Shown piece by piece: positions 17,082 to 23,892 of a DNA stretch of 49,003 nucleotides; the first letter of the stretch is position 1; every line of letters begins with the position of its first letter. The notes under the pieces were generated by a model. It did not search any database and was not told where the DNA came from. It saw only the letters and a program-made list of their open reading frames with translations. The position numbers were made by a program, and so were the translations under genes. Source of the stretch: Nanobdellota archaeon (lineage in GTDB: Archaea; Nanobdellota; Nanobdellia; Woesearchaeales; SKGA01); the NCBI GenBank assembly GCA_051819745.1, contig JBNJGO010000004.1, forward strand, positions 1 through 49,003. Direction: 5' to 3'.

Positions 17082-18689
17082 TCAAAACGTATTATCTGAA
17101 AAAAACCGACGATATTTTGCTAATGCAGATTCAAAACTATTATTTTGAAATAAAGCAGTCATAGTATTACGATACAAACAATTAAAAGAAGGTTTTTTAG
17201 TAAGATTAACACGTCGCAAGTCAGGTTCATTATTTGAAAATAAAGAATTATCCCTTTCAGAAACATATACTACGTCAGGTTTGAAAGTAGCATTTTCATT
17301 GAAAGAAGATAAAGACATCGAAGCATCTTCAAAAAGATAAATTGAATCAGAAGTAGTGTATTGCATGACAGTTCTCACAGGATTAGAATAAACATTAACA
17401 ACAGCAGATTCTACTCTAAACGAACCTAAATAACCCTTGAGATTTTCATTGAAAAACACTTCTTTTGATACTTTCTGATCAATAAATTTGTTGGTAAAGA
17501 ATCTATTATCTAATTTCTCATAATAAATCCTCACCTGAACACCGTTATGAATAGGTAAAAATAATTGCTTTCCTTGTTCATCAATATAAGGAATTGGGCG
17601 AACACCTTCAAAATCAATATCATATTTTTTTGGATTAACATCAATAGCTTGTCGTTGAAGGATCCTGTTTGTCTCAACGATAGCACTTGTTAACTGAGCA
17701 CCATCCGAATTAGATTTCCAAGGAACATTAGTAACAACTACAATACCATTATCATAGGAATATAAACCAGTAGGATTTATTGAATCAGAAGGCATGTATT
17801 CTCCGTTCAAAACCAATTCATTAGAAAAAATATGCTTATCCTTTTCAACTAATTGTTTTTCATAATCTATCTCTCGAAGCAATAATTTTTTTGTTCGAAT
17901 AATATTTTTTTTTGAAACATCAGTCGAAACAAATGAAGAATAAAGCAAGCACGTATCAACAAAACCCTTAGCACGAGCGAGAGATTCAAGATTTTTTGAT
18001 TGTAACAAAGAACCCATAAAATCATCAAATTTTTTATCATTAGAAAGAACATCTTCTAAATCATAAGACGAAACTTTATCTAACTGCATTGCAGAAATGT
18101 CATTAACTTTACTATCAAGATATTCTGTTGAATAATCATTAGCATCAGCAAAATCTCGAAGAGATTCAGCATGATTAAAAAACGTCTCATACGCTAAAGA
18201 ATCCATATCCAATATAGTGGACACCACCTTATCAAGAGCACGCTCATCAGTCAACTCAAGAGTATAACGATCATGCTTATTAGCTTGACGACGAGACAAA
18301 TCCTGTTGTAATCGTGAAGGCAAAGAAGAACGTTTTGAAACTGAAGATTGATCTAACAAGGTATTAGCTTCAACAAGATCATCATCAAGAACGGCAGAAG
18401 TATAATCGAGAAGAAAAGAAACATCCTTTCTAGCAACAGAATAATCAGATATTTTCGAAGCAGAAGTAGCTTTTTTACCACGTTCAACAACAACATCCAA
18501 AGAATCTTCTAACTGTGAAACATCAAAAGAAAAATTCCCTGGCGTTTCCTCTCCAGCTACCTGTTCAGAAAAATCAGATTCAAACACTTCATGAGGTTCA
18601 TATTCTTGCGATAAAGCCGTTGCTGAAAGTACTAGACTCGCAAGACCGACAGCATATTTAACAAAAGAATGTTTTGGAGATAAAGACAT
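17082..18689 (-). CDS. Hypothetical secreted protein
   Basis: 535 aa. The N-terminus is signal-like (KYAVGLASLVLSATALSQ). No family recognised. A TATA-like element lies 23-31 nt upstream of the ATG, so the transcript is probably leaderless. Confidence 0.6.
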   Translation of the reverse strand: MSLSPKHSFVKYAVGLASLVLSATALSQEYEPHEVFESDFSEQVAGEETPGNFSFDVSQLEDSLDVVVERGKKATSASKISDYSVARKDVSFLLDYTSAVLDDDLVEANTLLDQSSVSKRSSLPSRLQQDLSRRQANKHDRYTLELTDERALDKVVSTILDMDSLAYETFFNHAESLRDFADANDYSTEYLDSKVNDISAMQLDKVSSYDLEDVLSNDKKFDDFMGSLLQSKNLESLARAKGFVDTCLLYSSFVSTDVSKKNIIRTKKLLLREIDYEKQLVEKDKHIFSNELVLNGEYMPSDSINPTGLYSYDNGIVVVTNVPWKSNSDGAQLTSAIVETNRILQRQAIDVNPKKYDIDFEGVRPIPYIDEQGKQLFLPIHNGVQVRIYYEKLDNRFFTNKFIDQKVSKEVFFNENLKGYLGSFRVESAVVNVYSNPVRTVMQYTTSDSIYLFEDASMSLSSFNENATFKPDVVYVSERDNSLFSNNEPDLRRVNLTKKPSFNCLYRNTMTALFQNNSFESALAKYRRFFSDNTF

Positions 18690-18820
18690 ATATGTTGTTA
18701 AACAGTAGAAATTTATAAATTTTTCTATTTTTAACTACTGTTTAGTGGTTCTTTTATTTTTTAAGCATATGATACAACACACACTCAAATCCAAAACAAA
18801 AGAAGAAAAGAAACTCAAAG

Positions 18821-18907
18821 AAAAAAAAGATGCGAGGGAGGATAAACTCACTAACGCTCGAGACCCTCACTCGACAAGAAAAAAAGAAAAAAAAGATGCG
18901 AGGGAGG
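18821..18907 (-). repeat. Perfect 21-nt direct repeat (18821-18841 and 18887-18907) duplicating the tRNA-Leu 3' end plus its oligo-T tail
   Basis: AAAAAAAAGATGCGAGGGAGG occurs twice, 66 nt apart. On the tRNA strand this reads CCTCCCTCGCA + TCTTTTTTTT. Confidence 0.8.
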
Positions 18908-19021
18908 GGATTTGAACCCCCGAACCCACTAAGGGACAGGATAACCTTTCAGCCGACAACAAGAACATATTGTCGAACTGTCTTAAGTCCTGCGCATTTG
19001 ACCAGACTTTGCTACCCCCGC
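18897..19021 (-). tRNA. tRNA-Leu(UAA) with canonical 37/38 intron (about 39 nt, 18943-18981)
   Basis: I folded the cloverleaf by hand. Acceptor GCGGGGG/CCCTCGC. 3-bp D stem. Anticodon stem CAGGA/TCCTG with loop CUUAAGA. Long variable arm. T arm GGGGG-TTCAAAT-CCCCT. Discriminator A. The intron contains a CGACAA/TTGTCG hairpin. TTTTTATAAATA lies about 30-40 nt upstream. Confidence 0.85.
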
Positions 19022-19085
19022 GCGAATAAGTACTTAAAAAACTTCAAATATTTATAAAAATTACTCTATAAAGAAATAAAAGAAA

Positions 19086-19283
19086 CTAGAATCTCTTAAA
19101 CTGAGAAGATGTTTCAGTAAGATCGACATGACCTAAAAACACCGCTCGACAACAGTATCTTTCTAAACCAAGGTCATCCATAACAGCACGTTTATCCTCG
19201 CCTTTAGAAACTCGTTTAGAATATTCTTCCCAGAGGTGACCAATGGGTTTTCCGCAACTTACACAACGAACAGGTATAATCAT
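19086..19283 (-). CDS. rpoN: DNA-directed RNA polymerase subunit N (Rpb10)
   Basis: MIIPVRCVSCGKP...RYCCR zinc-binding pattern. The ORF starts at GTG 19295; the canonical MIIPVRC start is the ATG at 19283. Confidence 0.9.
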   Translation of the reverse strand: MIIPVRCVSCGKPIGHLWEEYSKRVSKGEDKRAVMDDLGLERYCCRAVFLGHVDLTETSSQFKRF

Positions 19284-19340
19284 AATATCAACCACACATA
19301 ATTTTACTATAATATATAAAAAAATAAAATAAAAATCGAA

Positions 19341-19736
19341 TTAACGATAGGATTTTTGTCTCTTTGAACGAGGATTTCCTTGACTGTTTGGCTTTGAAAC
19401 CTCTCGTCGACGAACATCAGCAACCAATAATTGCCGATCATAATCCATAAACACGTCTTTGAGCGAAGAGTATTTTTCTACTAAAGCTCTACCAATAGCA
19501 AGACGGCACGCTTCAGTTTGACTCATAAAACCCCCACCAGATACTGAGACCACAATATCCACTTTAGAAGCATTATCTCCAGCGAGGATAAGAGGTTCTT
19601 GTAATTTCAAACGAGCCATCGCAGGTTCAAAAGCATCGAGAGACGTATTATTAATTGTAATTCTGCCCGAACCAGACTTTAAGGTTGCTCGAGCAACAGC
19701 AGTTTTTCTTTTTCCTGAAGTAACAATTGATTTCAT
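19341..19736 (-). CDS. rps9: 30S ribosomal protein S9 (uS9)
   Basis: TSGKRKTAVARA...GGGFMSQ...RRREVSKPNSQGNPRSKRQKSYR. The ATG at 19736 is preceded by AGGTGA. The ORF start, GTG 19745, overlaps the L13 stop. Confidence 0.95.
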   Translation of the reverse strand: MKSIVTSGKRKTAVARATLKSGSGRITINNTSLDAFEPAMARLKLQEPLILAGDNASKVDIVVSVSGGGFMSQTEACRLAIGRALVEKYSSLKDVFMDYDRQLLVADVRRREVSKPNSQGNPRSKRQKSYR

Positions 19737-19741
19737 GAATT

Positions 19742-20152
19742 TCACCTAAATCTCTTGAGAACATCACCAACGGTAATGTAATGGATCGACGGAAGCTTTT
19801 CAACACTAGCACCCTCAATACGAACCGGAGCCACATCCTTGAATTCTTCAGGCATCCCACTATAGCAAAGAACTCTCTTATACGCTTGAGCACCTTTATC
19901 TTGTTTATAGGGAAGCATACCTCGGATGGTCTTTCTCAAGAACCGATCTGGCATTTTCTGAAGGAAAGGACCTTTTGAAGGAATTCCACGTTCATTCTTT
20001 TCAGAAACATCAGCGATAGTTTTTGCCTTACGACCGGAAATGACTGCTTTTTCAGCGTTGACGACACGAACTTCTTTACCGAGAAGCGCTTGCTTTGCAG
20101 CAAAAGTAGCGATTCGACCAACAATCATATTTTCTGCATTGATAACGATCAT
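19742..20152 (-). CDS. rpl13: 50S ribosomal protein L13 (uL13)
   Basis: VINAENMIVGRIATFAAKQALLGKEVRVVNAEKAVISG... has the uL13 pattern. The ATG is at 20152; the ORF starts at TTG 20158. Confidence 0.95.
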   Translation of the reverse strand: MIVINAENMIVGRIATFAAKQALLGKEVRVVNAEKAVISGRKAKTIADVSEKNERGIPSKGPFLQKMPDRFLRKTIRGMLPYKQDKGAQAYKRVLCYSGMPEEFKDVAPVRIEGASVEKLPSIHYITVGDVLKRFR

Positions 20153-20158
20153 TTTCAA

Positions 20159-20515
20159 TTACCCCATGATTCTGATATTTTTAGCACCTGGATTCTTTTC
20201 CATAAGAGCTTCAATAGAAAGAGCTTCTCCCTTTGTAGAAAGAATCTTTTCTTTTGCACCCTCAGAAAATTGCAGTGCAGCAACAGTCACTTTTCTATCA
20301 AGTAATCCGCTACCAAGAACCTTACCAGGAACGATGATTATCTCACCATCTCGAGCAGTTTTAGCTATTTTGAAAACATTTACCTCTCTTTTTCGACGAG
20401 TAGGTTTCTCAAGCTCGACAGCTACTTGTTTCCAGAGAGGAATCTTCTTATTAATAGCAAGCGTATTAAGCTCGCTAATGAGACCCTCTACATAATCATT
20501 TTTGATTCTTTTCAT
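20159..20515 (-). CDS. rpl18e: 50S ribosomal protein L18e (eL18)
   Basis: Its position between rpoD/tRNA and rpl13 follows the conserved archaeal order. PLWKQVAVELEKPTRRKREVNV...IIVPGKVLGSG has the L18e pattern. The ATG is at 20515. Confidence 0.9.
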   Translation of the reverse strand: MKRIKNDYVEGLISELNTLAINKKIPLWKQVAVELEKPTRRKREVNVFKIAKTARDGEIIIVPGKVLGSGLLDRKVTVAALQFSEGAKEKILSTKGEALSIEALMEKNPGAKNIRIMG

Positions 20516-20605
20516 CTTGATCACAACAATTCCTATTATTTATTTATCATTCAGTTGTTTTTTTACGGAAAAAACATAAACCGTTACCACGTAAAACGTG
20601 AAAAA

Positions 20606-20734
20606 TGCGGGAGAAGGGTTTCGAACCCTCGCAGGCACTAAGCCACACGGCCCTCAACCGTGCCCGTTTGACCAATCCGGCGGACACGCTCGATAGTTCA
20701 TCTACTGGAGCGAGACCGTCTCCGGCACTCCCGC
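20606..20734 (-). tRNA. tRNA-Leu(GAG) with a non-canonical ~45-nt intron in the D-loop (about 20676-20720)
   Basis: Acceptor GCGGGAG/CTCCCGC. Anticodon stem CACGG/CCGTG with loop UUGAGGG. Long variable arm. T arm GAGGG-TTCGAAA-CCCTT. The D arm (CCG-GAUUGGUCAAA-CGG) is assembled only after removing 45 nt bounded by a GCCGGA direct repeat. Mature length is 84 nt. Confidence 0.8.
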
Positions 20735-20770
20735 ATGATAAGCGTAATATAAGTATTCTTGAAGTATCAC

Positions 20771-21556
20771 CTATAATTCTTTTTTTGCGAGATTACCAAA
20801 TTCTTTGAGTTGGTCATTGAACACATCAATTGAACGAGTTACAATCTCTTTAGCAGATAACGCTCCAAACGATTCCACAGTAAAAATGAACGAAGAATTA
20901 TCAAGCGTTACATTGACAATCTCATCATTAACACCTGAAACCGCATCAACAAGTTGAGCACTGGAAATGAGTTCAGTGTCGATTTCTCCTTTTTTATTGA
21001 ATACTTGAGGAGGAAATTTACTTTTGAATGAGGAAAAATCTTTATGTTTATTATTTACCTTAATAATTGGTTTATGACGATACCATATAAGTCCAGGATT
21101 CCATTTACTATGTTCGTTACCAAGACCCAATCTCGCTGTAGCTTCAAATTCTAACTTTTGACCTTCATTAAGATGAACTAAAATAGTATCAGGATGAACA
21201 GGAGTAACTTTTGGATCTGCAGATTCGAGATCTTTAGCATACACTGTTCGGGGACCTTCCACTTTCAATGAAACTTTTAATTCACATTGAGCGCAACCAG
21301 CACCTTTACAAGGACATTTTTCTTTACGATTATATGAGTCAAGATCTGATTTGAAAACAACAAGACCTAGACGATGAGCAAGTACTTCATCATAAAGAAT
21401 AGAATCATTCTTATCAAAAGTAACATCATCGATAGCCATTGTTGGAACTTCATTTAACATGTAACGACGAAGCGCATTTGCATACGCAGGAGTCACATTC
21501 TCTAAAGTGAAATGTAAGCATTCATCGGAAGCAGATTGGATTGAAACTTTCATCAT
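20771..21556 (-). CDS. rpoD: DNA-directed RNA polymerase subunit D (Rpb3/AC40-like)
   Basis: 261 aa. ANALRR..L...P, a Cys cluster CPCKGAGCAQC, and conserved placement after S11. AGGTG lies upstream of the ATG. Confidence 0.9.
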   Translation of the reverse strand: MMKVSIQSASDECLHFTLENVTPAYANALRRYMLNEVPTMAIDDVTFDKNDSILYDEVLAHRLGLVVFKSDLDSYNRKEKCPCKGAGCAQCELKVSLKVEGPRTVYAKDLESADPKVTPVHPDTILVHLNEGQKLEFEATARLGLGNEHSKWNPGLIWYRHKPIIKVNNKHKDFSSFKSKFPPQVFNKKGEIDTELISSAQLVDAVSGVNDEIVNVTLDNSSFIFTVESFGALSAKEIVTRSIDVFNDQLKEFGNLAKKEL

Positions 21557-21576
21557 ATAACACCTAATTTAAGAGT

Positions 21577-21978
21577 TTAAGGACGACGCCCTCTTTGCCC
21601 GCCTTTTTTCCTGCAACCACCATGATGGACAGGAGTAACATCTTCGATGAAACCTATTCGAAGACCCATTCTTGAAAGTGCACGAACCGCAGCCTGACTA
21701 CCAGGACCAGGATTCATAGGACCATTATGCCCCCCTGGAGCACGAATTTTGATGTGTAGTCCACCGACACCTTTCTCTTTAGCGATTTCGGCAGCTTCTT
21801 TTGCAGCTCTCATTGCAGCAGTAGGACTTGATTCTAAACGGTCACTTTTTACAACTTGACCACCGCTCGTTAAAGCAAGCGATTCAGAACCAGTTACATC
21901 AGTAATATGGATAATTGTATTATTGTATGAGGCGTAAATGTGCGCTACAGCCCATCGAACATTCTTATCAAATCTCAT
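21577..21978 (-). CDS. rps11: 30S ribosomal protein S11 (uS11)
   Basis: [16 protein letters not shown]...[12 protein letters not shown]...[11 protein letters not shown]...[25 protein letters not shown] lies upstream. The ATG overlaps the S4 stop (ATGA). Confidence 0.95.
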   Translation of the reverse strand: MRFDKNVRWAVAHIYASYNNTIIHITDVTGSESLALTSGGQVVKSDRLESSPTAAMRAAKEAAEIAKEKGVGGLHIKIRAPGGHNGPMNPGPGSQAAVRALSRMGLRIGFIEDVTPVHHGGCRKKGGQRGRRP

Positions 21979-22784
21979 TTCTTCTCACCTTTATCATCAG
22001 AAGAATCATCGGACTTTGAATCAGTCTTAGTAGATGATTTTTTATTGGAGGAATCAGATTCCTTGTCGTCGTCTTTAGTAGCACCCTTAACATTCTTTTC
22101 AGATGCAGAGGTTTCTTTCTTGTCACTGTCAGAATCTTTTTTTTCAGCATCGCTTTTATTGTCACTTTTTTCTTTTGAAGAAGAGGACTCTGCTTTATCA
22201 TCCGATTTTTTTGATGTTGAAGAATCAGAATCTTTCTTTTTTGAAGAGCTTTTCTTTGTAGATTCTTTTTCAGGTTGTGCTCGCTCAGGATGTTCATCAC
22301 TGTAAAGCGAAGAGGATGTTGAAAATTCAATACCTGCTTCTTCAGAAACAGTTACTAAATATGACGGAGAAGTTACCTTATATCCGTTAACAAGAATATG
22401 TTCATGAGTGATGAACTGTCTTGCTTGTTTCACGGATCGTGCTAGACCCTTATTATATACAACTGTTTGTAAACGTCGATTCATAACATCATCAATTTTC
22501 AAACCAAGAATCTTGTCAAAAGATGCTTCTCCTTGAACAAGCCCTAGTTCATTAATACGACGGAACAAATGTTTTTTTTCAACAGCAACTTGATCAGAAG
22601 TAGCTGCAATCAGATATTTAGCTTGACTCTTGAATTTCTTCAAGACAGTCTCCATTCTCCATATCTCGCGTTTGTTTTTAGTCCCAAATTCTTTAGCAAG
22701 ACGTTTTTCGTCATCGATTCGGGATTTTATCCATGGATGATTTGGAGTTTCATATTTTCTTCGAATTCGTTTTGGAGTTCCCAT
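21975..22784 (-). CDS. rps4: 30S ribosomal protein S4 (uS4) with a ~100-aa Ser/Lys/Asp-rich C-terminal extension
   Basis: [18 protein letters not shown] is the canonical archaeal S4 N-terminus, with its ATG at 22784 (the ORF starts at GTG 22799). An S4 RNA-binding domain follows. The low-complexity tail is encoded at about 21978-22280. Confidence 0.9.
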   Translation of the reverse strand: MGTPKRIRRKYETPNHPWIKSRIDDEKRLAKEFGTKNKREIWRMETVLKKFKSQAKYLIAATSDQVAVEKKHLFRRINELGLVQGEASFDKILGLKIDDVMNRRLQTVVYNKGLARSVKQARQFITHEHILVNGYKVTSPSYLVTVSEEAGIEFSTSSSLYSDEHPERAQPEKESTKKSSSKKKDSDSSTSKKSDDKAESSSSKEKSDNKSDAEKKDSDSDKKETSASEKNVKGATKDDDKESDSSNKKSSTKTDSKSDDSSDDKGEKK

Positions 22785-22827
22785 TTTTTCATGCCACACT
22801 CGCTATTATTATAGTATTATTTTATGT

Positions 22828-23340
22828 TTATTTTCGAATAGTTGTTTTTTTCTTAACCGCGGAACCTTTACCAGCATTAGGTCTAAAGTGAGATCGAGTA
22901 CGTTGACCTCGAAGAGGTAGTCGCCACTGGTGTCTGAGACCTTGGAAGGATTTCATTTTCTTCTTTCGTTTAATATCATTGTCTTGTTTGTAATGAAGAT
23001 CAGAATGAAGTAAATGAGCGTCTTCACCAGTCTCATAAGATTTTTGAACATTATATGTCCAAGCAGGAATATCAAACTTAGCAGGGTTTTGAAGAACATT
23101 CTCGATTTGTTTAGCTTGCTTTTCAGAAAGAGAACCTGTTTGAGTCATAGAGTCGAAATCTGAAACTTTACAAATTATTCGAGCAAAATTCTCACCAACA
23201 CCAGTAATTTTTTGAAGAGCCAAATAAAGCGGTTTTTCACCCTTCAAATCAGTGTTTGCAATACGAACGATGTGCCGAAACTCACCATTATCTTGAGTGG
23301 AAGTGTCAGCCGTTTTTGAAGATGTTTCCTTTGTTGCCAT
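22828..23340 (-). CDS. rps13: 30S ribosomal protein S13 (uS13)
   Basis: FRHIVRIANTDL.G...ALQKITGVG...LRGQRTRS has the uS13 pattern. It is the first gene of the S13-S4-S11-RpoD block. Confidence 0.95.
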   Translation of the reverse strand: MATKETSSKTADTSTQDNGEFRHIVRIANTDLKGEKPLYLALQKITGVGENFARIICKVSDFDSMTQTGSLSEKQAKQIENVLQNPAKFDIPAWTYNVQKSYETGEDAHLLHSDLHYKQDNDIKRKKKMKSFQGLRHQWRLPLRGQRTRSHFRPNAGKGSAVKKKTTIRK

Positions 23341-23644
23341 TATACATCACAATCGATTAAACTTAATTTTATAATTTTTAGCAATACTACAACAATCGAT
23401 GACGAGAAAGAGAGATTACCAGTAATCACTCCCTCAGCGCTCTTCACTCGGGATGTTGTATCGCTGATAGAAGAAACTAGAGCCCATTTATAAAACCTGT
23501 GGTTTTGTATTTGCAGTAGTCGTCTACATAAAGAATTGAAAAAAAAGAACAACAATACCTAAGCCAAACTCAAAAGAAAAAAGAGGGCTGCGCCTGATGA
23601 AGGAAAAAAAAAGACATTTTTTCCGGACCAGACGCCGAGAAAAG

Positions 23645-23763
23645 GGCGGCGCCTGGGATTTGAACCCAGACTAAGGGATTTCTGCATGCACGGATAAAGT
23701 CAAGAAAACTTTAGTTGTGCTCACCACAGTCCCTTGTGCTAACCAGGTTACACTAACGCCACC
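23645..23763 (-). tRNA. tRNA-His(GUG) with G-1 and canonical 37/38 intron (44 nt, 23680-23723)
   Basis: Acceptor GTGGCGT/GCGCCGC, with an encoded G-1 opposite discriminator C73 (a His identity element). D stem GTGT/GCAC. Anticodon stem AGGGA/TCCCT with loop CUGUGGA. T arm CTGGG-TTCAAAT-CCCAG. Confidence 0.85.
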
Positions 23764-23892
23764 ACAAGTATCTGAGAGTAACAGCAACTTATTTTTAAAG
23801 GTTTTGTGTGAATGTGAAATTTTTTAAACTAGAACAGTCATAAACGTAACTATTAAATATTTCCTCTCAACCAACGACTAGACGTGAGAAGT

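Noticed and set aside
18830-19057. ORF 18830..19057(+). ORFs 20426..20641(+) and 20605..20808(+) have the similar peptide start MRGRGFEPP / MREKGFEP.
   Set aside because: These are the reverse complements of tRNA T-arm and acceptor sequences (GGTTCRAAYCC read antisense gives GFEP). They are fully explained by the tRNA-Leu genes.
21940-22330. ORFs 21940..22305(+) and 21968..22330(-) overlap the 3' part of rps4.
   Set aside because: They are alternative-frame or antisense readings of the low-complexity AAG/GAT/TCA-rich S4 tail. Only the S4 frame is continuous with a recognisable protein and is coupled to rps11.
23398-23470. A possible C/D box sRNA upstream of rps13, with CGATGACGA as a C-like box and CGCTGATAG as a D box.
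   Set aside because: The C box has a mismatch (AUGACGA). There is no credible D'/C' pair with 10-12-nt spacers. The flanks (CAATCG / TAGAAG) cannot form a terminal stem, and the geometry is too long. It is more likely promoter/leader sequence of the ribosomal protein operon.
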